From positions 1,602,262 through 1,666,261 of the forward strand of contig CAWCIU010000018.1 in the NCBI GenBank assembly GCA_963795735.1: 64,000 nucleotides of DNA, in the 5' to 3' direction. The notes under the pieces were generated by a model. That model ran no database searches and was not told the origin of the DNA. It saw only the letters and a list, made by a program, of their open reading frames with translations. A program made the translations under genes and the position numbers. Each line of letters begins with the position of its first letter. Position 1 is the stretch's first letter. This DNA is from an uncultured Acidobacteriota bacterium. GTDB lineage: Bacteria; Acidobacteriota; Thermoanaerobaculia; Multivoradales; UBA5704. Below, one piece after another: positions 47,406 to 57,627 of this stretch.

Positions 47406-48308
47406 ATGGTGGAATCTCTCCGCAAGGCCCGCCATTCCCGGTCTTGGCCCCTGCTTCTGCCGGCCTGGCTGGCACTGGGGGTCTTCTTCCTGGCGCCGCT
47501 CTTCCTCATGCTCGCGGTCAGCTTCGCGACGCGGGGGACCTACGGCGGCATCCAGCCGGTCGGCGATCCCTGGGCGTACCTGCGCTCCGGCGCGTTCCTC
47601 GCCAACTATGCCCGTTCCTTCGCGGCGATCTATCTCGGGATCGGCTGGCGGTCGCTCTGGATGGCGGCGCTGACCACCGCTCTCGCCGTCGCCGTCAGCT
47701 TTCCCATCGCCTACTACCTGGCGATCCTGGCGCCGCCGCGGTGGAAGGGGCTGCTGCTGGGGCTCGTGGTGGTGCCGTTCTGGACCAGCTTCCTGATCCG
47801 CACCTACGCCTGGATGTTCATCCTGCGCACCGAGGGGCTGCTCAACCTCGCGCTGATGGGAACGGGACTGGTCCGCCATCCCGTGGAACTGCTCTACACA
47901 CAGACGGCGGTGCTGATCGGCCTCGTCTACGGCGAGTTGCCGTTCATGATCCTGCCGCTCTATGCCTCGCTGGAGAAGCTCGACCGCTCTCTGCTCGAGG
48001 CCGCGGCGGACCTCGGCGCCGGCGGCGCGCAGTCGTTCCGGCGGGTGACGCTGCCGCTCAGCCTGCCGGGGCTCGCCGCCGGGGTGGTGCTGGTCTTCGT
48101 GCCGAGCCTCGGACAGTTCGTCGTCTCCGACCTTTTGGGCGGCGCCCGCAGCATGCTGCTCGGCAACCTGATCCAGAACCAGTTCGCCGTCGCCCGCGAC
48201 AAACCGTTCGGCTCGGCGCTCGCCTTCGAGCTGATGGCGGCCGTGCTCGTCCTGCTGCTCGCCTACGCGGTCTACGCGAAGCGCCGGGGCGGCGAGGAGC
48301 TTTTGTGA
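47406..48308 (+). CDS. potB: Spermidine/putrescine ABC transporter permease.
   Basis: Six TM segments and the EAA-like loop EAAADLGAGGAQSFRRVTLPLSLPG. Confidence 0.8.
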   Translation: MVESLRKARHSRSWPLLLPAWLALGVFFLAPLFLMLAVSFATRGTYGGIQPVGDPWAYLRSGAFLANYARSFAAIYLGIGWRSLWMAALTTALAVAVSFPIAYYLAILAPPRWKGLLLGLVVVPFWTSFLIRTYAWMFILRTEGLLNLALMGTGLVRHPVELLYTQTAVLIGLVYGELPFMILPLYASLEKLDRSLLEAAADLGAGGAQSFRRVTLPLSLPGLAAGVVLVFVPSLGQFVVSDLLGGARSMLLGNLIQNQFAVARDKPFGSALAFELMAAVLVLLLAYAVYAKRRGGEELL

Positions 48309-49102
48309 AGGGAAACTGGAGCCGGCGGCTGCTCGCGGCGCACGCGGCGCTCGTCTATTTCTTCCTCTACGCGCCGATCGCCATCCTGGTGGTCTTCTCA
48401 TTCAACGCCTCGCGGCAGACGGCGTTCTGGACGGGTTTCACGTTCGACTGGTACCGCCGGCTCCTCGGCAACGCGGCGCTCTTCCATGCCGTCCGCAACA
48501 GCCTGCTGGTGGCATCGGCGGCGACCGTCCTCGCTGTCCTTCTCGGCACGCCAGCGGCGCTGGCGCTGGCGAGGCACTCTTTCCGCGAAAGATGGTTCCC
48601 AGGCCGGCGGGCCACCCAGGCGCTGCTCTACCTGCCGGTGATCATCCCCGAGGTGGTGCTCGGCGCGGCGCTGGTGACTTTCTTCGGCGCCGCCGGTCTG
48701 CGGCTGTCGATCGCGACGGTGGTGATCGCCCACGTCGTGTTCAGCGTCTCCTACGTGGCGATCGTGGTGCGGGCCCGCCTCGCCGGGCTCGATCCGGCGC
48801 TGGAAGAGGCGGCCCGCGACCTCGGCGCCGGCTCGTTCGAGACCTTCCGGCGGGTGACGCTGCCGCTCGCCGCCCCCGGCATCCTCGCCGGCGCGCTGCT
48901 CGTCTTCACCCTGTCGATCGACGACTACGTCATCACTTCCTTCGTCGCCGGAGTGGGGGCCACGACGCTGCCGCTCCACATCTACTCGATGCTCAAGGTC
49001 GGCGTCACCCCCGAGGTCAACGCCGTCTCGACGCTGCTGCTGGCCGGGACGATCGGGCTGATCGTCGCCGCCCATCGCCTATTGGGAAAACGATCGTCAT
49101 GA
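48305..49102 (+). CDS. potC: Spermidine/putrescine ABC transporter permease.
   Basis: GTG start overlapping the potB stop (GTGA). EAA loop EEAARDLGAGSFETFRRVTLPLAAPG. The track merges it into ORF 47444-49102. Confidence 0.8.
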   Translation: MKGNWSRRLLAAHAALVYFFLYAPIAILVVFSFNASRQTAFWTGFTFDWYRRLLGNAALFHAVRNSLLVASAATVLAVLLGTPAALALARHSFRERWFPGRRATQALLYLPVIIPEVVLGAALVTFFGAAGLRLSIATVVIAHVVFSVSYVAIVVRARLAGLDPALEEAARDLGAGSFETFRRVTLPLAAPGILAGALLVFTLSIDDYVITSFVAGVGATTLPLHIYSMLKVGVTPEVNAVSTLLLAGTIGLIVAAHRLLGKRSS

Positions 49103-50154
49103 AGAGATACCGTGGAACCCTCATCCTCCTCATCGGCGGTCTCCTCCTGACGTCCTGCGGCGGCAAGGGCGGTCAAAATGGTCAGGACGGCAAAGTGGTC
49201 AACGTCTACATCTGGACCAACTACCTGCCGAAGGGGGTGATCGACGATTTCCAGCGGCGGACGGGGATCTCCGTCAACGTCGACACCTACGACTCGAACG
49301 AGGCGGTGCTCGAGAAGCTGCAGTCCGGGGTGGCCGGCTACGACGTCGTGGTGCCGTCGGACTACATGCTGAAGATCCTGATCCCGCAGGGGCTGGTGCG
49401 GCCGCTCGACCGCTCACGGCTCCCCCACTTCGGGAACCTCGATCCGCGCTTCCTCAATCAGAAGTTCGATCCCGGCAACGGCCACTCGGTCCCCTATCTC
49501 TGGGGGACGACCGGCATCGGCTACGACAAGCGGAAGGTCCAGGGGCCGGTCGACAGTTGGGCCGCGCTGTTCGATCCGCAGCACGCCGGGCGCATCCTGA
49601 TGCTCGACGATCCGCGCGAGGCGTTCGGCGCCGCCCTGAAGCTGATGGGCCGGTCGATCAACGAGCGGGACCCGGGCGTGCTGCGGCAGGCGGCGGAGAG
49701 GCTGAAGGAGCAGAAGCGGCTGGTGCGTACCTACAACAGCTCGGACTTCGCCAATCTCCTGGCGGCCGGGGACGTCGATCTCGCCCAGGGGTGGAACGGA
49801 GAGATCGCCGAGGTGGTCTCCCACGCGCCGGACCGGCTGGCCTACGTGGTGCCCAAGGAGGGCGGGACGCTATGGATCGACAACCTCGCCATCCCCAAGG
49901 GGGCGCGCAATGTGGACGCCGCCTATGCCCTCCTCGACTACCTGATGGAGCCCGGGGTCGCGGCGAAGGTCGTCAACGGCGTCCACTACGCCGGAGCGAA
50001 CCGGGCCGCCCTGCCGCTGATCGACGCGAAGATCCGCCAGAACCCCGTGATCTATCCCCCGCAGGAAGTCCTCGACCGCTGCGAGCTGATCGAGGACCTC
50101 GGCAGGACCACGCAGCTCATCGACCAGATGTGGACGGAGGTGAAGGCCCGGTGA
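49099..50154 (+). CDS. potD: Spermidine/putrescine-binding periplasmic lipoprotein.
   Basis: MKRYRGTLILLIGGLLLTSCGG contains a lipobox. The ATG overlaps the potC stop (ATGA). PotD-like motifs include VNVYIWTNYLPKGVIDDFQRRTGI and YDVVVPSDYM. Confidence 0.8.
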   Translation: MKRYRGTLILLIGGLLLTSCGGKGGQNGQDGKVVNVYIWTNYLPKGVIDDFQRRTGISVNVDTYDSNEAVLEKLQSGVAGYDVVVPSDYMLKILIPQGLVRPLDRSRLPHFGNLDPRFLNQKFDPGNGHSVPYLWGTTGIGYDKRKVQGPVDSWAALFDPQHAGRILMLDDPREAFGAALKLMGRSINERDPGVLRQAAERLKEQKRLVRTYNSSDFANLLAAGDVDLAQGWNGEIAEVVSHAPDRLAYVVPKEGGTLWIDNLAIPKGARNVDAAYALLDYLMEPGVAAKVVNGVHYAGANRAALPLIDAKIRQNPVIYPPQEVLDRCELIEDLGRTTQLIDQMWTEVKAR

Positions 50155-50237
50155 ACGCCAATGCGGATCTATTTTCGCCAAGCGGGCGACATCCACCGGT
50201 GATTCGGTTACAATCCCGGCGGCAAGAAAAATCCCCG

Positions 50238-50732
50238 ATGAAGAAGTATCTGCAGCTCCTCCTGGTCCTCCTGGTTCTCTCGTGCTGCGTCGGCTGCGAT
50301 CAGGCCGTGAAGGCCTACGCGAAGGGCGCCCTCGCCTTCTCGCCGCCGGTGCTGCTGCTCGACGGCGCCGTGCGGCTCCAGTACGCCGAAAACCCCGGCG
50401 CGTTCCTCAGCCTGGGAGCGGAGCTGCCGGCCGCGGTCCGCTTCCTGCTGGGCGTGGTCCTGGTGGGAGCGACGCAGCTCGCCCTCCTGGCCTTCCTGAT
50501 GCGCACCCGGCGCCTCGGCACCTGGCAGCGGCTCGGCTTCTCTCTCTTCCTGGCCGGCGGCCTCGGCAACTGGATCGACCGCATCGCCCACGATGGCCGG
50601 GTGATCGACTTCGTCAGTCTGGGGGTCGGCCCGCTCCACACCGGCATCTTCAACGTCGCCGACGTGGCGATCACGGCCGGGATCGTGATCGTGCTGCTCG
50701 CCGGCGGCGAGCGGCTGAGCCCGGCCGTTTAG
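50238..50732 (+). CDS. lspA: Lipoprotein signal peptidase II.
   Basis: 164 aa. Motifs YAENPGAFLSLG, GGLGNWIDRIAHDGRVIDF and FNVADVAITAGIVIVLL are characteristic LspA boxes. Confidence 0.8.
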   Translation: MKKYLQLLLVLLVLSCCVGCDQAVKAYAKGALAFSPPVLLLDGAVRLQYAENPGAFLSLGAELPAAVRFLLGVVLVGATQLALLAFLMRTRRLGTWQRLGFSLFLAGGLGNWIDRIAHDGRVIDFVSLGVGPLHTGIFNVADVAITAGIVIVLLAGGERLSPAV

Positions 50733-50829
50733 TCCTCTCGGCTTCCCTTCGATCCATTCAGCCGGAACATCCGGCCGGAACATCCGGCGCGTAGGTTCAG
50801 TTGGAAGGAACCTACGGAGGATCGACGAC

Positions 50830-51444
50830 ATGAAAACAATTTCCCATCGCATCGGGCTGGCGCTGGCCGGCCTGCTGATCGCCGGATTGCCGGCCTTCGC
50901 CGCCACGTCACCAACTCCCCCGACCGCCCACGCCACCTTCGCCGGCGGCTGCTTCTGGTGCATGGTGCACCCGTTCCAGGTGCTTCCCGGCGTCTCCTCG
51001 GTCACCTCGGGCTACACCGGCGGTACGACCGGCAAGCCTACCTACGAGGAGGTCTCCTCGGGCGCCACCGGCCACGCCGAGTCGGTGGACGTCGTCTACG
51101 ACCCGGCGAAGGTCAGCTACGAGAAGCTGCTCGACGTGTTCTGGCACAACGTCGATCCGCTGGCGAAGAACTTCCAGTTCTGCGACCACGGAACGCAGTA
51201 CCGCTCGGCGATCTTCTTCCATGACGAGACGCAGAAGCGGCTCGCCGAGGCGTCGAGGGCCGAGGTGCAGAAGCGCTTCAAGCAGCCGGTGGTGACCGAG
51301 ATCACGCCGGCCTCGACGTTCTGGCGCGCCGAGGAGTACCACCAGGACTACTACAAGAAAAACCCCCTCCGCTATAACTTCTACCGATCGAGCTGCGGCC
51401 GCGACCACCGCCTCGAAGAGCTCTGGGGCAAGAGCGGCGAGTAG
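50830..51444 (+). CDS. msrA: Peptide methionine sulfoxide reductase MsrA, periplasmic.
   Basis: A signal peptide precedes the active-site motif GGCFWCMVHPF…AEEYHQDYYKKNP. Confidence 0.85.
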   Translation: MKTISHRIGLALAGLLIAGLPAFAATSPTPPTAHATFAGGCFWCMVHPFQVLPGVSSVTSGYTGGTTGKPTYEEVSSGATGHAESVDVVYDPAKVSYEKLLDVFWHNVDPLAKNFQFCDHGTQYRSAIFFHDETQKRLAEASRAEVQKRFKQPVVTEITPASTFWRAEEYHQDYYKKNPLRYNFYRSSCGRDHRLEELWGKSGE

Positions 51445-51492
51445 CCGGCCGGCTGCGGAGACCGGCGGCCGGGGTACAATCTGCGTTGACGC

Positions 51493-52918
51493 ATGAAAGT
51501 CCGGCCGCTTCTGCTCCTCCTGGCGTCTACCTTCTTCCTCCCTCTGCCGGGCCGGGGAGCGTCGCCGTTCGGCCCGGATCCCCCCCTCGTCCAGCCCGGT
51601 CCGCCACGGATCCCCGTGGATCCCGACCGCCGGCTCCCCTGGCGCGTGTTCACCTGGCGCGACGGCATCCGGTCCGGCACTCCCCCCTTCGCCGAGGACA
51701 CGCAAGGCTACGTCTGGGCAGACGGGCCGGCCCGCTATGACGGGCGGACCTGGCAGCGGTTCGAGATCCCGGGCGAGACCGTGCCGGAGCAGATCTGGTC
51801 GCTGCTGGCGGCGAGCGACGGCAGCCTCTGGTTCGGCCGCACGGCCGGCGGCGTCCGCCGCCTGCACGAGGGTGCCTGGACGTGGTACGCCCCCGGCGCC
51901 GGCGTTCCGTCCGGGGCGGTCAACACGATCGTGGAGGAGGACCGGCGCACGGTCTGGGTGGGGACCGAGGCCCGCGCCGTCTACAACCGCCTCCCGCGGG
52001 GGGAGTACACCTTCCACGTCTGGGGGCTCGACGGCGAGGGGGTCGTCTCCGGGCCGGCCGCGGTCCACTTCCGCATCCGGCCGGCGCCCTGGCTGAGCGC
52101 CTGGGCGATCGCCCTCTATGCCCTCGCCCTCATCGGGATCGGCTATGGCGGCAACCACGTCCACACGCTCTCCCGCCGGGCCACCACGCTGGAGGCCCAG
52201 GTGGCCGAACGCACCCGGGAGCTGGCCGAGGCCAACCGCCAGCTCGAAGCTCGCCACGCTGACCGATCCGCTCACCGGCCTTCACAACCGCCGCTTCCTG
52301 TCGCTCGGCATCGAGCCCGACGTGCGGCAGGCCGTGCGCAACGCCCAGGGGGGACAGGGGAACGGCGAGCTGATCTTCTACTTCCTCGACATCGACCACT
52401 TCAAGCAGCTCAACGACCGTGCCGGCCACGCCGCCGGCGACAAGGTGCTGGTGGAGCTGGCCACCCGCCTGCGCGAAGCGGCCCGCACCACCGACGCGGT
52501 GCTGCGCCTGGGGGGCGAGGAGTTCCTGGTCGTCAGCCGGTGGGCGGAGCGCGAGGCCGGCGAGGTGCTGGCGCGGCGCCTCCTCGAGTCGGTGGGCGGA
52601 GCGCCGTTCGCCATCGCGCCCGGCGAGGAGGTCGCGGTGACCTGCTCGGTCGGCTGGGCGCCCTACCCCTGGCGCCGGGAGCGCCCCGAGGCCGTCCACT
52701 ACGAGACCGTGATGAGTCTGGCCGACCGCGCCCTGTACCTGGCGAAGCGGGAGGGGCGCAACCGCGCCGTGGGCGCGCTGCCCGGCCCGGACGGCGCCCT
52801 CGTCCCCGAAGGCCCTCCCGAAGCGCACGAAGGAGGGCCGCTCACGCTGGTGCGCTCCACCGGCCCGGCGCCCGCCCCGCCCGCGCCGGCCGTGGCCTCC
52901 ATGGTAGGCTTGCCGTAA
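51493..52918 (+). CDS. Diguanylate cyclase (GGDEF) with a periplasmic propeller/Y_Y_Y-like sensor and one TM segment; a frameshift lies at about 52245.
   Basis: ORF 51493-53049 gives the signal peptide and sensor (…YTFHVWGLDGEGVVSGPAAVHFRIRPAPWLSAWAIALYALALIGIG…). The GGDEF domain is in ORF 52118-52918 (DPLTGLHNRRFL…FLDIDHFKQLNDRAGHAAGDKVL…RLGGEEFLVV). Confidence 0.7.
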
Positions 52919-52933
52919 GGACCCGCCCTTCCC

Positions 52934-53665
52934 GTGGAATCGCTGATCCAGCTCGAAAACCTGTCGCGCAGCTACAACGGCCGCCCCGCCGTGCAGGGGA
53001 TCTCGCTCTCCATTCCGGGCGGCGAGGTGTTCGGCCTGCTCGGCCCTAACGGCGCCGGCAAGTCGACCACGATCAAGATGCTGGCGACCCTGCTGCGGCC
53101 GAGCGGCGGCACCGCCCGGGTCGCCGGTCACGACCTGGTCGCCGAGGCCAACGAGGTGCGCCGGATCATCGGCTACGTCCCCGAAGGGGCCGATCTCTAC
53201 GAGGTGCTGAGCGGCCGCGAGTTCCTCGACCTGACGCGCGACCTCCACCGGGTCGCCCCGGATCTCGCCGAGGAGCGCCGGGCGCCCCTGGTCCGCGCCT
53301 TCGACCTCGCCGGCGATCTCGACCGCGCCATGGGCGAGTACTCGAAGGGGATGAAGCAGAAGCTGCTGCTGATCGCCGCCCTGCAGCACGACCCACGAGT
53401 GCTCCTCCTCGACGAGCCGCTGGACGGCCTGGACGTGCCGGCCCAGGAGTACCTCAAGGAGCTGATCCGGGAGCGCGCGGCGCGCGGCGACTGCGTCCTC
53501 TACTCCTCGCACATCCTGGAGGTGGTCGAGAAGGTCTGCGACCGGGTGGCCATCCTCTACAAGGGGGTGATCGCGGCGCTCGGCAGCCCCCGGGAGCTGA
53601 TGGAGAGCAGCGGCGAGGAATCCCTGTCGCGTTTCTTCCTCCATCTCACCGAGGGTCCGCGTTGA
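52934..53665 (+). CDS. ABC transporter ATP-binding protein (ABC-2/DrrA-like).
   Basis: GPNGAGKSTT, YSKGMKQKLLLIAAL and LLLDEPLDGLD motifs. Confidence 0.8.
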   Translation: MESLIQLENLSRSYNGRPAVQGISLSIPGGEVFGLLGPNGAGKSTTIKMLATLLRPSGGTARVAGHDLVAEANEVRRIIGYVPEGADLYEVLSGREFLDLTRDLHRVAPDLAEERRAPLVRAFDLAGDLDRAMGEYSKGMKQKLLLIAALQHDPRVLLLDEPLDGLDVPAQEYLKELIRERAARGDCVLYSSHILEVVEKVCDRVAILYKGVIAALGSPRELMESSGEESLSRFFLHLTEGPR

Positions 53666-55263
53666 GCCGGCCCGGCGGCGCCCTGCTGCGGCTGCTGGGC
53701 GCCGATCCCGAGACCTTCCGCCCGCTCTACCGGGCGCAGAGGCTGCTGATCGACCGCGGCGCCCGCATCGTCCAGGGGCGGCGGCGCGGGGTCCTCGCCA
53801 AGTCCTCCCCCTTTGGGCTGCTCTGCCTCTTCTCTCTCCTCTACGGCCTGATCTTCACCGTCATGCTGTCGGGCGCGAAGTCGCCGTTGCTGGGCGCGGC
53901 GGTGGTGCTCACGGTGGGAGGATTCTTCCTGCTCATGGTGGTGATCACCGATCACGCCGACGCGCTGGTGAACCCGCGCGAGGCGCTCGTCCTGGGGGCC
54001 TACCCGCATGACGGCCGGTCGTTCCTGCTCGCCAAGGTCGCCGCCCTCGGCTGGATGCTGGCGATCGTCGGGAGTCTGCTCTTCATCCCTTCGGCGATCG
54101 CCTCCGGCCTGGTCTGGCGGTCCTGGCCCGCTTTGCTCGCCTTCCTGGCCGGGGCCGCCGGGGTGGGGCTCGCGGCGCCACTCTTCGGTCTGCTGCTCGG
54201 CGCCGCCATCTTCCGGGCCGGCGGACGGGGGGCGATCGACCGGTTGCTCCCCTGGCTCCAGGGGATCTTCCAGATCGGCTACCTCTTCGTGGTCGGCGGG
54301 CAGCGCCTGCTCAATCTGGCGCAGCTTTCCCCCACCGATCTGGGGCTTCTGCCGTGGCTCTTGCCGGCCTTCTGGTTCCTGGCGCCGCTCCAGATGCTGG
54401 AGCAGGGATTCGGAGTCTCCCCCCTCGGCCGGCTGGCGCTGGCGCTCGGGACGGTCGTCTTCCTGGTGGCGGGGGCCACCCGCTGGCTGGGCACGGGCCT
54501 CGGCGAGCGGCTGCTGGAGCCGCCTCCGGCGGCGCGCCGGCCCGCGAAGCGCCGGCGTCCGCTCGGCGGCGGCGGGAGCGAGCGGGCGCGGCTCTTCTCC
54601 ATCCTGCGGGTGCACCTGCGCTCCGACTGGCGGACCCGCTCGGAGTTCCTGCTGATCCCGCTGATGGGAGCGTTCATGATCCTGTTCTACTTCCGGGGCC
54701 TGGCCGGCCCGGCCGCCTTCCACGGGGTCACGACCTTCATCTACAGCTTCATGCTCGTGCTCTCGGGGGACGTGCTCACCCGCAGCACGCGGCCGGAGAG
54801 CCTCTGGTGGATCCTGACCGCGCCGATCGACCGGGCGCGCTTCTCCTACGGGACCCTCCTGCTGGTCCGCGTCTTCCAGCTCCTGCCGCTGTTCCTGGCC
54901 AGCGCCATCGTCGAGATCCGGATGGGAGGCTCCTGGCCGGCCCGGCTATCCGTGCTCGCCGAGCTGCTCGCGCTCGGCGATCTGCTGGTGATCCTCGGCA
55001 AGGGGCTCTTCCCCGACTTCCCCTTCTCCCGTCCCCGCGGGGAAACCGGAATGGCGAGCGCCCGCCTCGCGCTGAACCTCATCGGTGGACTGGTCAGTGG
55101 CTTCGCGACCCTGCTGGTCTTCGGGATCGGATGGTTCGGGACCCGGGGCATCCTGGCCGGGACCGCCGTCTTTTTCCTGCTGCGCTTCCCCGCCATCCTC
55201 TGGACCCGCCGGCGGACGGCGGTGGCGGCCCAGGACCTCGAGCTGATGGCGGCCGTGGGATGA
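53662..55263 (+). CDS. ABC-2-type transporter permease, polytopic membrane protein.
   Basis: It overlaps the ATPase gene stop and has 10 or more hydrophobic helices. No specific family motif was recognised. Confidence 0.55.
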   Translation: MSRPGGALLRLLGADPETFRPLYRAQRLLIDRGARIVQGRRRGVLAKSSPFGLLCLFSLLYGLIFTVMLSGAKSPLLGAAVVLTVGGFFLLMVVITDHADALVNPREALVLGAYPHDGRSFLLAKVAALGWMLAIVGSLLFIPSAIASGLVWRSWPALLAFLAGAAGVGLAAPLFGLLLGAAIFRAGGRGAIDRLLPWLQGIFQIGYLFVVGGQRLLNLAQLSPTDLGLLPWLLPAFWFLAPLQMLEQGFGVSPLGRLALALGTVVFLVAGATRWLGTGLGERLLEPPPAARRPAKRRRPLGGGGSERARLFSILRVHLRSDWRTRSEFLLIPLMGAFMILFYFRGLAGPAAFHGVTTFIYSFMLVLSGDVLTRSTRPESLWWILTAPIDRARFSYGTLLLVRVFQLLPLFLASAIVEIRMGGSWPARLSVLAELLALGDLLVILGKGLFPDFPFSRPRGETGMASARLALNLIGGLVSGFATLLVFGIGWFGTRGILAGTAVFFLLRFPAILWTRRRTAVAAQDLELMAAVG

Positions 55264-55317
55264 AATGGAAGAAAAACCGGCGCGAGAGGTTGTCTCGCGC
55301 CGGCCGGAGGGCAAGCT

Positions 55318-57144
55318 TTACAGGTTGCGCAGGAGGGCGCGGAAGCGCGGGCTGACGGACAGGCGGTCCATCAGGTACTCGAGGCGCTCCGGAACCACCG
55401 TCGTCGTCGTGGCCGCCGAGCCCGTAGCGGTGAAGTTGTCGGGCTGGCCGTTGGGGAACGGGATCGTCGGCAGGTAGGTCGGCGGACGCCGCTCGTGGGT
55501 CTTCTGCTCGTAGGCGTAGGCGTACTTGATCAGCGTCGGCTCGCTCCACGCCGTACCGATGAAGCTCAGGCCCACCGGCAGGATGCCGTCGACGAAGCCC
55601 ATCGGGACGTTGACGATCGGATAGCCGGCCACCGCCGACGGGTAGGTGCTCGAGCCCCCGAAGTGATCGCCGTTGACGAGGTCGGTCGTCCAGGCCGGAC
55701 CGCCGCTGGGGGCCACCAGGGCGGACACGTTGTTGTTGGCGAGCGCCGCGTCGATCCCCTCCGCGCCGGCCAGCCGGTGGCCGCGCTCCAGGGCGGCCTG
55801 ATACTGGGCGGTGGTGTAGGGGTCCGACTGGGCGAGCAGGAACTCCTCCTGGCCGAAGTACTGCAGCTCCTGGGCGGCGTGGGCGTTGTTGAAGGCGATG
55901 GCGTCGGCCAGCGTGTGGATCGGCACCCCCGTGCGGGTCGCTAGGTAGGCGTTGAGGTCCCGCTTGAACTCATAGAACAGCACGATGGTCTCGGAGTCGT
56001 CGGTGAGGAGGTCGTTGATCGTCGGCAGGTCCGCCGGATCGACCAGGGTCGCGCCGGCGTCCTGCAGGGCCTTGAGCGCCTGCGCGAAGATGGCGTCGGT
56101 CTTCGCGCTGTAGCCGGTGTAGAAGGTGCGGAGCACGCCGATGCGCGCCCCGTGCAGGCCGTTGGGATCGAGGAACCGGGTGTAGTCGGTCGAGAACTTG
56201 CCGGCGCTCGCCGCGGTCTGCGGGTCGCGGGGGTCGACCCCGACCAGGGCGCTGAGGACCGCCGCCGCGTCGGCCACCGTACGGGCGTGCGGGCCGACGG
56301 TGTCCTGGGTGTGGGAGATCGGGATGACGCCGGCGCGGCTGGTCAATCCCACGGTGGGCTTGATGGCGGCGACGTCGCAGTTGTTCGCCGGGCTGATGAT
56401 CGAGCCGTCGGTCTCGGTGCCGAGGCCGGCGGCGGCGAGGTTGGCCGCGGTGGACGCGGCCGAGCCCGAGCTCGAGCCGCTGGTGTTGCGGTCGAGCACG
56501 TAGGGGTTGCGGGTGAGCCCCCCCTGGCCGCTCCAGCCGCTGGTGGAGTTGAGGCCGCGGAAGTTGGCCCACTCCGAGAGGTTGGTCTTGGCCAGGATCA
56601 CCGCGCCCGCAGCCCGCAGCCGGGCGGCCACGGTGGCGTCCTGGTGCGCCGGGGCACCCGCCAGGGCGAGCGAGCCGGCCGTGGTCTCCATCTTGTCGCC
56701 GGTGTCGATGTTCCCCTTGAGCGTGATCGGGATGCCGTGCAGCGGCCCCCGCACGTGCCCCTGCTTGCGCTCGCGATCGAGCTGCCGGGCGATCCGCCGC
56801 GCGTCGGGGTTGAGCTCCAGGATGGAGTTGACGTGCGGGCCGCTCTCGTCGATCGACGCGATCCGCTCCAGGTAGGTGTTGACCAGGTCGAGCGAGGTGG
56901 TGCCGCCCCGGGTCATTGCCGCCTGCATCTGGGCGATGGTGGCCTCCACGATCTGCAGCGCCTTGTCGCTCAGCGCCGGCGATACCGGCGCCTCCTGCGC
57001 CCCGGCGGCCTCGCCGCCGCCGATCATCCCCGCCAGCGGGAGCCCGGCGCCGGCCAGGGCGCCCAGGCGCAGGAGGTCGCGGCGGCTCACCTCCCCGGAA
57101 TTCTTTGCTTCCCCTCTCTTCGATTCATCACGATCTTCGGGCAT
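55318..57144 (-). CDS. Tat-secreted amidase (amidase-signature family).
   Basis: The twin-arginine signal is SRRDLLRLGALAGAGLPLAG. The AS-family motif is GGSSGGSAAS… (here SGSSSGSAASTAANLAAAGLGTETDGSIISPA). The Ser-cisSer-Lys context is KGNIDT. Confidence 0.8.
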   Translation of the reverse strand: MPEDRDESKRGEAKNSGEVSRRDLLRLGALAGAGLPLAGMIGGGEAAGAQEAPVSPALSDKALQIVEATIAQMQAAMTRGGTTSLDLVNTYLERIASIDESGPHVNSILELNPDARRIARQLDRERKQGHVRGPLHGIPITLKGNIDTGDKMETTAGSLALAGAPAHQDATVAARLRAAGAVILAKTNLSEWANFRGLNSTSGWSGQGGLTRNPYVLDRNTSGSSSGSAASTAANLAAAGLGTETDGSIISPANNCDVAAIKPTVGLTSRAGVIPISHTQDTVGPHARTVADAAAVLSALVGVDPRDPQTAASAGKFSTDYTRFLDPNGLHGARIGVLRTFYTGYSAKTDAIFAQALKALQDAGATLVDPADLPTINDLLTDDSETIVLFYEFKRDLNAYLATRTGVPIHTLADAIAFNNAHAAQELQYFGQEEFLLAQSDPYTTAQYQAALERGHRLAGAEGIDAALANNNVSALVAPSGGPAWTTDLVNGDHFGGSSTYPSAVAGYPIVNVPMGFVDGILPVGLSFIGTAWSEPTLIKYAYAYEQKTHERRPPTYLPTIPFPNGQPDNFTATGSAATTTTVVPERLEYLMDRLSVSPRFRALLRNL

Positions 57145-57224
57145 GACGCTCTCCTTTGAGTCACGGATGAAGGACTATGGCTGGACACGACGGCATAAAG
57201 CCTGGTGACGAGAAGATGATCAAC

Positions 57225-57578
57225 TCACTCATCATATAAGGAGTCGTTGCGCGATGGAATCGGGACGAGACCGGGCGCCGTGGCCCGCTCCAGGGCGGCG
57301 AGGTAGGCCAGGGCGTGCCCGGCCGTCTCGCCGCACATCTCCGCGGAGGGCCGCAGGCGGGCGCAGACCGCCGGGCGCTCGGGGCTGCCGAACAGCCGGC
57401 ACCGGCTGCCGCCGTCGAGCTGGACGCACCGCACGCCGGCCGGCTTGCCGGCCGGCATCCCGGGGATGGGCGAGGAGATCGAGAGGGCGATACAGCAGGC
57501 TCCGCAGCCGGCACGGCAGTTCACGGGAGGTAGGATACCCCGCCCCAAGCCGTTGTATACTCCCGCCACCACGTTCAA
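57225..57578 (-). CDS. YkgJ-family (UPF0153) cysteine-cluster protein.
   Basis: CRAGCGACC…C…C…C pattern. Confidence 0.45.
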   Translation of the reverse strand: MNVVAGVYNGLGRGILPPVNCRAGCGACCIALSISSPIPGMPAGKPAGVRCVQLDGGSRCRLFGSPERPAVCARLRPSAEMCGETAGHALAYLAALERATAPGLVPIPSRNDSLYDE

Positions 57579-57627
57579 TTTCAGTTTCTTGAGTTCCCGC
57601 GGAGTCTTTCTACCTGGAGGTTTTTAC

